Source of the DNA: Thraustochytrium aureum
Lineage: Eukaryota
Length of the DNA: 33,524 nt
Assembly: GCA_012862495.1 (NCBI GenBank)
Contig: BLSG01000370.1
Coordinates: 1 to 33,524, forward strand
Direction of reading: 5' to 3'
Every line of letters starts with the position of its first letter. Position 1 is the first letter of the stretch. The translations under genes and the position numbers were made by a program. Below the pieces are notes generated by a model that was not told where the DNA came from, did not search any database, and worked only from the letters and a program-made list of their open reading frames with translations. Of the stretch, positions 7,842 through 17,237 are shown in pieces.

Positions 7842-9722
7842 TCATCGGGCGCCACTAAATCGTGCGCCAGCGAGCCGTGGCCTTGCCCTCTGGAGCCGTC
7901 GCACCCCGGCAACGCGCTTACCAGCCGGCGAAGCCACGCTATTCAAAGGCGCGGCCGAGTGCCGTTGCGTTGCCACCTCCTGCGCTCTGCGCGGCACTGG
8001 AGCAGTTGAGGCGAGCCGGGATGGCCCCTTGGCCGCCTTCGCATTCGCTCTGTTGGTCTTGAGGGCGGTAGGCTTGGCAGTCGCCTTTCGCGCCCTGGCG
8101 GGCAGCCCTGCCGTGGGTACCCTGACCTCAACTCGGCGCACCGGCGACAACACCGACGTCGCGGGCCCGGCACTCGGCCGACTTGTGCTTGAACGATTGG
8201 TCGCCTCGCGCAGGGCGGTACGGCGCGATGGGGCCGATGCTGCCGCCTGCGCGCCCCGCGCTACCCGCTTTGTGGTCTTGCGCCTGACGGAGGGCCGCAG
8301 CCGCTGTGGCTCGCCGCCCTCCGGGTGCCGGTCTTCTTGAGCTGCGACTGCTGCCTGGCTGTCGTGACGGTTTAGCACGCTCGCAATGTACTCGGAGACC
8401 ATCGTCCTGTTCGGATCCCCGTACAGAGACTCGTTCAGGAGCTCAAACACGTCTGGAATCGCAAACGTGCGCTCGCCCTCCGGCTCGTCGACGCGCTCAG
8501 CCCAGTTCACTTCACTGCGAGGCTTTGATCCCGAGAGAACCTTTTCCACGACTCTGTTGTCCTCAACGCTGTCCTCCCTGCGCCATTGGCGTGGCACTTG
8601 CGGCGGCAGAGCGCTGCTCTGGGCTTGTGCCGGTCCCGGCGGGATCCTTGCACCCATGCTGTTCGTGCTCTGCAGCATTTCCCCTGCCCCAGCTCTCGGC
8701 CCGGCCGCAAAGGCCGTCGACGCTGCGTGGCCCTCGCCGCCCTCGAGTGTGGCGGGCGGGAGCGCCGCCGCGTGGGCCGACTCTAGTGCCACAAGCTGCT
8801 GGTTGAGGCGCTTGGCATGGTCGCGCTGCGATGCGAGCTGCGACTGGTATGCCTCTGCTTGCTCGACCCGGAGCCGCTCGGTCTCGTTGTTTCGCTCCCT
8901 CAGGCGTTCGACCTGGTCGCGGAGACCTGCAATCTCGTCGTCTTTGGACCGCAGGGCCTGCTTGGAAATCGCCTTTTCACCCTGCAGCGACTGCTGTAGC
9001 GCGTCGATCTGAGACTCGCGCGTCTCGTTGAGGCGCAGCGCAGACTGCAGCGACTCTTGCGCGGAGCCGAGCCTCTCGCGCTCAAGCCCAAGCTGCTGCT
9101 CGAGGTCGCCGGCCCTTAACACCTCGTTCTCCAGCTGCCGCACGCGAGCGGAAAGCTCTGCGTTTTGGTCTGCGAGGCGCTGGCCTTGGTCCTCGGCGTC
9201 TTGGCGAGCCAAGGTCGCCACATTGAGTTCGGCGGTGATTTGGTGGAGTTTGTCACGCAGCTGCGCGATCTGGTCTGCCTGCGATGCAAGACGCTTCTCA
9301 AGCTCGAGCCGCAACTTGCGCTCCTCCTCGGCGGCACGGTGCGCGGCCTGCGACGCGAGGACTTTGGCGTCGAGACCGGCGGCGTGGCCCATCACGCGCT
9401 TTTCGCTCTCGGCGGCGGCCTCCTTGGCCGCAAGGGCTGCAGCAAGGCGTTGCTCGAGACCCTTGCGCTCGTGGATCCATCGCTCGGCTTGGCCCTGCAG
9501 CTCTATTCGAGCATTTTGGGCTCGTTCCTCTGCGAGATCCGCTCGCGCCTCCAGCTGCTGCTTGTCCTCGCGCAGGCGAACAAGGTCTCGGTTGAGCTCC
9601 TCGGTCTCGCGGTCCTGCCTCGCGCGCTGTTCCTCGAGGCGGCGCACCGTAGATCCCAGCTCGCGCTCCAGCTGTAGGATGAGTCGCTCGTGCTGGCCGA
9701 GCTTGTCAGGCGGCGCCGCCAT
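7842..9722 (-). CDS. Uncharacterised coiled-coil protein with basic low-complexity C-terminal tail
   Basis: About 310 aa of E/Q/R/L/A-rich heptad-like sequence after the ATG at 9722 (MAAPPDKLGQHERLILQLERELG), followed by an R/S/P/A-rich tail. Family not recognised. Confidence 0.75.
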   Translation of the reverse strand: MAAPPDKLGQHERLILQLERELGSTVRRLEEQRARQDRETEELNRDLVRLREDKQQLEARADLAEERAQNARIELQGQAERWIHERKGLEQRLAAALAAKEAAAESEKRVMGHAAGLDAKVLASQAAHRAAEEERKLRLELEKRLASQADQIAQLRDKLHQITAELNVATLARQDAEDQGQRLADQNAELSARVRQLENEVLRAGDLEQQLGLERERLGSAQESLQSALRLNETRESQIDALQQSLQGEKAISKQALRSKDDEIAGLRDQVERLRERNNETERLRVEQAEAYQSQLASQRDHAKRLNQQLVALESAHAAALPPATLEGGEGHAASTAFAAGPRAGAGEMLQSTNSMGARIPPGPAQAQSSALPPQVPRQWRREDSVEDNRVVEKVLSGSKPRSEVNWAERVDEPEGERTFAIPDVFELLNESLYGDPNRTMVSEYIASVLNRHDSQAAVAAQEDRHPEGGEPQRLRPSVRRKTTKRVARGAQAAASAPSRRTALREATNRSSTSRPSAGPATSVLSPVRRVEVRVPTAGLPARARKATAKPTALKTNRANAKAAKGPSRLASTAPVPRRAQEVATQRHSAAPLNSVASPAGKRVAGVRRLQRARPRLAGARFSGAR

Positions 9723-10443
9723 GCTGGCCGGTGCGAGCTTCGCGCGTTCGACACTTGATTCCGGTTGGAATCCGCCCCCGGGGTCGCCCAGCTCTGGTTG
9801 GGCGAAGGCCCCCGCCGCGCGACGCAGCCGAGGCCGACTCTGGCAGGAGGAACGCGAGCTGTGCCAGGCAGAGGCGCGGGCCCGCGGCGGCGCTGGCGTT
9901 TCACCCAAACCGCGACTGCAAAGACCGAGAAACGGTGGCAAAAACCCTGGCCCGCGCGCAGTTGCCAGAGCGCTGGCGCTTGGTCGACCTCGCAGCGAGC
10001 GCGTCGGCTCTGGCGGCCAGCAAAGCAGACACCCGATGGCAACCGTGACAGATGGGGCGTTTCTTTTTGTAGACAATGCGAAAGGCAGTTTCGGGGTCTC
10101 ATCGATACTAATCGACACCTCTTGAAAGTTGGGCACGTCCACAGCGCAACCCGGAGCGGCTGCGGACAGGCGCGTAAATGTTCAAAGTACGATACAGGAG
10201 CCTGGCGGTGCTCGGCGAGCCGGTTGCTCAGCTCGACGAGGCACGGCGCCGCTGCATGACCCGAGATAGCGGGCGTGAGGCCATTCCAAATGGCGACACG
10301 GTGTGCAGCCGGCAGGCGTCCTTGATCACGTAAAGGATGGGCGCGAGCAGCTTGGCGGTTGCGCCTTGGTGGCGGCTTTGCTGGTCTTCCTGCGCGCCGG
10401 CCACGTCGGGCGACAACGCGGCGGAGGCCTTGGCCCGGTGTTC

Positions 10444-11469
10444 CTAGTGAATACGCCGGCGTGGCGACCGCCCTTCCGCCGCAGGCGGGCGCGTTGGAGA
10501 CGGCGGCGGCGAGGAGCCGCCAACCAAACTTGCGCTAGCTGGGAGGCACAGCAGCAGCTCGTCCTGGTCCATGTCCTTGGACTCGCACACGACGGCGCAG
10601 CCCAGACAACGGGAGCACGCCTCCGCGCAGTCCTTGCCCAGGCCGCTGCAGTTGCGCACGACGACAGGCCTTGCCGGGCCGTGCCCTTCATCGCAAGCAG
10701 CAGCATCGGCCGGGTCGGGCGGGCACGAGACGATCATGGCGCGGAGCTCGCGCGGCCGGATCGACTCGGACCGGGCGAACAGAAGCCCGCGCCGCGGCCT
10801 GCTCTCCGAGTAGCTAGCGTTGAGAAAGTCGTCTTCCTGCACCGTCGGCAGGCGGAAGCGACTGCTCGACATGCTGTTCCGCATCCTGGAGTTGAGCATC
10901 GGAGGCCGCTCGCCTGCAGGGCGTGCAAGGCGAGGTGCCACGCTGCGCTCGTGCGCCGGCAGCTGCATGCCGCCGGCGAGAGACGGCGCGCGCGGGCCGC
11001 CGCCTACTGCCGCAACTGTGCGCTTGGCAAAGCCCTCTGCATCCACTCGCGCGTCTGCTCGCTCGGACGCCCTCGGGGCAGAGCGTCGCCGAGTCCTTGC
11101 GCCCTGCGGCTGCGTCCGCAGCTCGTTGGCGGTCTGCACGCCCTGCCTCCTGCCGGTCTCGAGACAGTAGCCTGCCTGGTCGCCTACCTCGCTCGCTCGC
11201 TGGTTGGCCGGCTGGCTGACTGCCTTGCGCTGCCTCTGCGTGCCAGGGCGTTGCGCGCGCGATGTGCTGGACGCGCGTCCTGTGGGCGTTCGGGTGTTGG
11301 CCGAAGCGGAGGAGGGAGCTGGAGGCAAGGAGGAAGAGGGAGCGGGAGAGCAGAGAGGCCTGATGAGCCGCCCTCTTGACCCTGTTGAGAGGGTCGCTGT
11401 ACCTTTCGCAGTTTCTCTGACCCAAGTTGAGCGGGAGGGCGCGCTGCCGGTGGAGGCGCCGCGAGTCAC
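10444..11469 (-). CDS. Hypothetical protein (start uncertain; probable ATG starts lie within the ORF)
   Basis: 341-codon ORF fills an otherwise empty slot in a gene-dense region. Protein-like segment FRLPTVQEDDFLNASYSESRPRRGLLFARSESI and a Cys-rich patch. No family recognised. Confidence 0.35.
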   Translation of the reverse strand: MTRGASTGSAPSRSTWVRETAKGTATLSTGSRGRLIRPLCSPAPSSSLPPAPSSASANTRTPTGRASSTSRAQRPGTQRQRKAVSQPANQRASEVGDQAGYCLETGRRQGVQTANELRTQPQGARTRRRSAPRASERADARVDAEGFAKRTVAAVGGGPRAPSLAGGMQLPAHERSVAPRLARPAGERPPMLNSRMRNSMSSSRFRLPTVQEDDFLNASYSESRPRRGLLFARSESIRPRELRAMIVSCPPDPADAAACDEGHGPARPVVVRNCSGLGKDCAEACSRCLGCAVVCESKDMDQDELLLCLPASASLVGGSSPPPSPTRPPAAEGRSPRRRIH

Positions 11470-12063
11470 TGTCGTGCGGTTTTTGGCTGCCGGTGACTAC
11501 CTGTTCCGCCCTGCTGGCCATCTGCGACCCTGCTCCACAGACACGCCGGAACAAGGGAAAGCCAGCAAGCGGCCAGCTGGACGCCGCTGGGTTTGTTCAC
11601 CCTGTGAAGCTCGCGCGCGCTGGTTTGCGCTGGCCTTGTCGTGTGGCTTCGCAACCCTTGAGCCGCGCACTCTGTGGCCGTCTGCTGCTACCATTCAATC
11701 AACAGGCAGATGGAGGGAGGAGTGTGCGGCCAAGGGTCGCGCGACTCGCGAGGTGAGCGTCCCTCGCGGCCGTCGTGCAGCGGCGTCACCGCATGCACCA
11801 TGAGCCAGTTCCGAATGGCCGTGCGCTGGAAGAGCAGAGGCAGCACCGGCTGGCTGGCTGGCAGGCTGGCTGGCGCCTCATCTTTGCTTGTCCTTTCCTC
11901 GCCGCGCACCGACTCGCTTCGCTGAACCTCCGCGAGGCTGGAATGTCATTTCTTTCTTTCTTTCCTCCAATGAGCACGGGTTGTGGTCGGTGTCGCCGGC
12001 TGGCTCGAAAAAAGGTCGCGTTGTGCGACAACTGGCGCCCGCAGAATTGGGGAGCAACTGAGC

Positions 12064-12099
12064 ATGAACAAACCGACCTTCCACGCCGCCATCATCAAC
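12064..12099 (+). CDS. Probable 5' start of a small gene running into the gap (MNKPTFHAAIIN...)
   Basis: ATG followed by strongly C-ending codons, the same bias seen in this genome's housekeeping genes. Only 12 codons are visible. Confidence 0.35.
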
Positions 12100-12724
12100 N
12101 NNNNNNNNNNNNNNNNNNNNNNNNNNNNNNNNNNNNNNNNNNNNNNNNNNNNNNNNNNNNNNNNNNNNNNNNNNNNNNNNNNNNNNNNNNNNNNNNNNNN
12201 NNNNNNNNNNNNNNNNNNNNNNNNNNNNNNNNNNNNNNNNNNNNNNNNNNNNNNNNNNNNNNNNNNNNNNNNNNNNNNNNNNNNNNNNNNNNNNNNNNNN
12301 NNNNNNNNNNNNNNNNNNNNNNNNNNNNNNNNNNNNNNNNNNNNNNNNNNNNNNNNNNNNNNNNNNNNNNNNNNNNNNNNNNNNNNNNNNNNNNNNNNNN
12401 NNNNNNNNNNNNNNNNNNNNNNNNNNNNNNNNNNNNNNNNNNNNNNNNNNNNNNNNNNNNNNNNNNNNNNNNNNNNNNNNNNNNNNNNNNNNNNNNNNNN
12501 NNNNNNNNNNNNNNNNNNNNNNNNNNNNNNNNNNNNNNNNNNNNNNNNNNNNNNNNNNNNNNNNNNNNNNNNNNNNNNNNNNNNNNNNNNNNNNNNNNNN
12601 NNNNNNNNNNNNNNNNNNNNNNNNNNNNNNNNNNNNNNNNNNNNNNNNNNNNNNNNNNNNNNNNNNNNNNNNNNNNNNNNNNNNNNNNNNNNNNNNNNNN
12701 NNNNNNNNNNNNNNNNNNNNNNNN

Positions 12725-15349
12725 GCCCTGCGCCACTGACGGCGCGTACGGAAGCATCCATTCGGGCAGACCTTGCTCGTGGAGATCATAAACAGCTGCA
12801 CCAGATTCGCCAAACCGCACCGCTGTGACAGAGCCCTTCCGAGCCCAATGGTTGATCGTGACAACAGGAGGCTGCGGCCCTTCGTCGAGCGTCGCGTGCG
12901 CGATATCCGCCTCCCAAGTTCGCGAGCCGTCCGCGTTTTCGATGAACGCCTTGAACTCGAACCAGTCGCGGAAGCCGTCCTGGACTTGATCGGCGTTGTC
13001 GCGGCGCATGTACACCTCAAACTTCCACCAGTGACGGCCCCAAGTGTTCTCTGGGTCAATCCCTGCGCCGCTGGATGCGTAAAATATGCCGTTCTCAGCG
13101 TGCCACGGGCTCGACCCTGGGCTGCAGGTCCATGAAAGGGCGCTATTTGAGTCCCAGTCGAGCGATCCGTCTTGCCTGTTCGCGGCCTTGTCGCCCACCG
13201 TGTTGGCGTAGACGATATCTTCGGCCGCGCGTCCGCCATATTGGCCCAGCACCGACGTGTCGTGCCCTCCGCGGATATACATGTCTTGGCCGGAGACGGT
13301 TTCCTTGAAAATGAAAACAACTGTCCGAACCCAAGCGCCGCTCGCTGGCAACACTCGAACGTGCTTGGCTACGCTCGGGACGCCGTCCTCGTCGACAAGA
13401 AAGAGCATGTGGTCGCCCGGGACGGCCTGCGGGCTCCCGGGAGCCTCAATCTCAATGAGGCCGGCGCCGAGCTCGCGAAACCCGAGGGGCACAAACCGCT
13501 GGTTCTGGTCGTATGAATGGGTGAACGCGCTCAGCGACATAAGGACAGCGCCGGAGCGCGTGCCGGGCTCTCCAGAGCTGTTGCGCAGGCGCCGCGCCGA
13601 GGAGAATGCAACGCGGAGAGGCTTTGACGCTCCAGAGCCGAGCCGCAGAGACGATACGGTGCCGCCTTCAAGGTCGCCCGCTGTCACAGCTGTGATAATG
13701 GGCCGATGGAGGACGCGTGCGTAAGGCGGGCTGAATACGCGCAAGTTGGGCTGCTCGCACCCGATCCCGCCGTCCTTGTGCACCCCGCCACTCACCAAGA
13801 CACGCCCGTCGAAGAGCAGGCCGACCGAATTGTGGTAGCCGCGAAAGGCAGGCTGACCCCCAGAGCCTTGGTCGGTCCCGTCGGCGGGCTCCATCGGTAG
13901 CGTATCCAATTCTCCGGTGAATGGGTCAAACACCTGAGGGCGTCGCGGGTCGCCTCCACTTCCTTGCCCGTTGTCTTGGTTGATCGCCGCATTCTCCCCA
14001 TTCATGAGAGCACGGTGCCATCAGGGAGGAGGGTCGAGCTTGGGGTCGTGCGCTCGATCCCGGTGTCGATAGAGCGCCACCGATTGCCAACGGGATCGTA
14101 CAGGTCGATGAACCTACCTCGCCCCTGGCAACCGCCCATCACGAGCAGCTCACCCGTCGCCAAAACCGCACCGGTAGTGTCCCAAGCGCAGCTGCCTGGC
14201 CGCGTGGCCCCGAGCCGCGATGCGAACCGCTCCCCCTTTGCGCGATGCGCGTCCGTGTTCAAGAAAGCGATCGTGCCGCGGTACCCCATGGTCGCAACTT
14301 GGCGCGCGAGCCCGTCTACCTGAGCGGGCCGCTGCAAGAGCCACAGTCGCGTGTAGTCCTTGATCCCGGGCTCGATGTCTTCGCGCGACTCGGAGTCGCT
14401 CAGGAGGAGCTGCCNNNNNNNNNNNNNNNNNNNNNNNNNNNNNNNNNNNNNNNNNNNNNNNNNNNNNNNNNNNNNNNNNNNNNNNNNNNNNNNNNNNNNN
14501 NNNNNNNNNNNNNNNNNNNNNNNNNNNNNNNNNNNNNNNNNNNNNNNNNNNNNNNNNNNNNNNNNNNNNNNNNNNNNNNNNNNNNNNNNNNNNNNNNNNN
14601 NNNNNNNNNNNNNNNNNNNNNNNNNNNNNNNNNNNNNNNNNNNNNNNNNNNNNNNNNNNNNNNNNNNNNNNNNNNNNNNNNNNCTCAAAGCTGAGCGTGG
14701 CGAGCGCGGTGGCCTGGTTTCCGTCGCAGCACTGTGAAAACCCGCGCGAGACGATGGCGCGCTGATCGGGCAGCATCGTCACTGTCGGGTACCAGCTCGT
14801 TCCAAACGGAACTCGGTAGGGGATCTTGGAGAAAGTCTCTGTTTCGGGGTCGAAGAGGCGCGCGTAGTCGAGCCCGAACTCCTTCTCGCCCGTCTGACCT
14901 AGTTGCTCGTACGTGGAGCCTCCCACGAAGAGCTTCCGCCCGTCTGGAAGGCTCGCGTGCCCGCTGCAGTAGAGCACGTCTGACGGTTTTTCCCCGCCTC
15001 CCAGATCGGCTGCACTTTGAGCTCGGCAGCGCCAAGGCCCTGGTTGACCAGGTCTGCTGGGTCGACCACGAAGCTCACGCCAAAGCGCCGGCTCGTGGCT
15101 GACTGCCCGCCGTTGCCTTGCCGGCAGCCAAACTCGGCCTGCCTGCCCCAGCCAGTCACGAGAACCTTGCCGTTCGCCAGCACGTTCTGGTGGATGCCCC
15201 GTGACCCACCAGCCGCCAGGCGGCTGGTCTTGCGCCCATGTATTGGACTCGTCTCTTGTGGTGAAGAACCGCTCCCAGTTGGCCTCCTGTGCGCAGCTCC
15301 CGCCCGCGAGCAGCCCCAAGACAACGCTAGATGCCACGACAACCCTCAT
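12725..15349 (-). pseudogene. Secreted galactose/glyoxal-oxidase-like copper radical oxidase (CAZy AA5; kelch propeller + DUF1929) fused to an alpha-amylase-C-terminal-like domain; three apparent frameshifts
   Basis: Signal peptide MRVVVASSVVLGLLAGGSCA. Motifs IHQNVLANGKVLV, LYCSGHASLPDGR (Cys), SWYPTVTMLPD (Tyr), RGYHNSVGLLFDGRVLVSGG (Tyr-His), FSPPY, FTHSYDQNQR (His) and PGDHMLFLVDEDGVPSVA. The frame changes at about 15197-15200, 14987-14995 and 14006-14010. The 3' end runs into a gap. Pseudogene versus assembly error is unresolved. Confidence 0.8.
12783..13333 (-). other. Domain resembling the C-terminal propeptide/secretion domain of Pseudoalteromonas haloplanktis alpha-amylase
   Basis: Collinear motifs WVRTVVFIFKETVSGQDMYIRGG, LDW, NTWGRHWWKFEVYM, WFEFKAF, WEADI and NHWARKG. 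They match my recollection of that domain (RTVIFI..T.SGQDMFIRGG..LDW..N.WGEHYWM..WFELKAF..WE..NH.A.CG). Confidence 0.75.
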
Positions 15350-15989
15350 CGCGTCCCGCTTGCTTTTGCTTTCTCTTGCGTTGCGTGACTGCCTGCACGT
15401 CGCCTCGCTCTTGGGCAGCGCGCCGACGTGCACATGCACTGTCGGGCGACGTCGTGGCCGCCAAGGACGATGAATTAATGCCGTGTAGACCACCGCAGCA
15501 GCAGGACTGATGAGCAATTGCGCCGCGTACCGTAGGCCTGCTGGTTGCCAACCAGCGCCGGTAGAGTTCGTAGTGTGGTAGGTAGTGAGTACCTTCTTCG
15601 CCGCGTCGACGCCTTTTGTGGCGTCACGCGCGCAAGTTCCAGCAAGTTCACACCGAGTTGGTGGTTCACCTGATGTACCGGTAGGCATCCAAAGACGGGA
15701 GGTGCGGCCTCAAAAGCAAAGTGAAAGAAAAGGTGCAAGACCAACCACCAACAGGGAAACAGGGACGTCTCGCTGCGCCACGAAGCTTGCTGGCATGCCC
15801 CAGAACTGACCTTCATCATCGTCTGGTCTGGTGGGTCGAAGGAACGCGGTGTGCGCTGTGCATCGTAGAGCGAGCCGTTGCTTTGCGATGGACGCGCGAG
15901 TCAGAAGAGAAGAAGACTCATGAGAACAGGTGGGCTCGCGCGTCCGAGTTTGGGAGCGCAGAGACGCAAAGACACGAACGAGCAGGACG

Positions 15990-17037
15990 ATGCACAGCGC
16001 AGCGTCGCGCGCGTTGACACGCGAAGTGCCCGGCGCGCTCGGGTCGCGCAGCGGGCCGTCCAGCGCCAGCGAGAGCGGGTGGTCTGCGGCCGTGGGTGCC
16101 GCCGGCAAGGGCGGCGTTTGGGCCGACGACGGGAGCAGGGAGCGCGCGCTGCAGGTGCATGTGTGCGGCCGGATAGAGAGCGGGCAGGTAAGTCGCTGGA
16201 TGGGCGGTGAGGACGCCCGAGCGAACGAGAAGCGCTGACGACGCCTCGGCNNNNNNNNNNNNNNNNNNNNNNNNNNNNNNNNNNNNNNNNNNNNNNNNNN
16301 NNNNNNNNNNNNNNNNNNNNNNNNNNNNNNNNNNNNNNNNNNNNNNNNNNNNNNNNNNNNNNNNNNNNNNNNNNNNNNNNNNNNNNNNNNNNNNNNNNNN
16401 NNNNNNNNNNNNNNNNNNNNNNNNNNNNNNNNNNNNNNNNNNNNNNNNNNNNNNNNNNNNNNNNNNNNNNNNNNNNNNNNNNNNNNNNNNNNNNNNNNNN
16501 NNNNNNNNNNNNNNNNNNNNNNNNNNNNNNNNNNNNNNNNNNNNNNNNNNNNNNNNNNNNNNNNNNNNNNNNNNNNNNNNNNNNNNNNNNNNNNNNNNNN
16601 NNNNNNNNNNNNNNNNNNNNNNNNNNNNNNACCAACGTGTCTGGGTGGCCCAGGCTCTCTGTGACGGTGCGGAACGCAGACCGCACTATTGTTGGCTACG
16701 GCTCCGTCCACGTGCCCACCTCGCAGCGCTCGTGTGTGCGCTATTGCAGGATATTCAAGCCGCTCTCCAGCTCGGTGATAGGTGATGCGATATCGTCGCT
16801 TGGGGCGGATCGGCCAGAGTTTTACGACGCGCGGTTCACGACAGCCTGCGTGGGGCGAGAAGGTAAGCAAGAGCCGAGGAGTCCCCGCCGTGGTTGTGGC
16901 ACGCTGGACCGCCTTGGTCTGTTTCATTTTGCTAACGCCGCTGGTTCGCAGCTGCGCGGGTGGTGTCGTCCGGCGTGGTAAAGATCGTCTTCCATACGCG
17001 GCTCGTGGGCGCTGAGGCGCTGGGGTACACGATGTGA
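15990..17037 (+). CDS. B9D1: B9 domain-containing protein 1 (MKS ciliary transition-zone module), spliced; middle exon(s) in gap
   Basis: Exon 1 ends LQVHVCGRIESGQ at 16187 before GTAAGT. After the gap: TNVSGWPRLSVTV...VGYGSVHVP...RPEFYDARF...GRE, then intron 16863-16951, then AARVVSSGVVKIVFHTRLVGAEALGYTM* (TGA 17035-17037). This matches B9D1 motifs GWP, GYGAVHVP, RPEY, GREVTRV and LGY. Start ATG is inferred. Confidence 0.85.
16863..16951 (+). other. Spliceosomal intron (89 bp) in B9D1
   Basis: GTAAGC donor, GCTAAC branch site at 16931-16936 and CGCAG acceptor. Removing it restores the B9D1 C-terminal frame. Confidence 0.88.
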
Positions 17038-17237
17038 TCTTGAAAGTATCCACTTGGCCCCTGGATCTACTGTAAGCGAAATCAATCAGCACTGTGAATC
17101 TGTTTCCACTTCCAGGCAGAGCACTTCTACTACTACAAGGGTAAGTACAATTATTTTTCCAACACCATCTGGCGCGAAAGCGTGTTCGATGCGCAAGTAC
17201 GGCGTATGCGGCCAGCCCGCAGAGGCAAGAAAGGCCT

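Noticed and set aside
14987..14995. Programmed -1 ribosomal frameshift at GGGGAAAAAC in the AA5 gene
   Set aside because: Not a canonical X XXY YYZ heptamer in the incoming frame, and two other independent shifts would still be needed.
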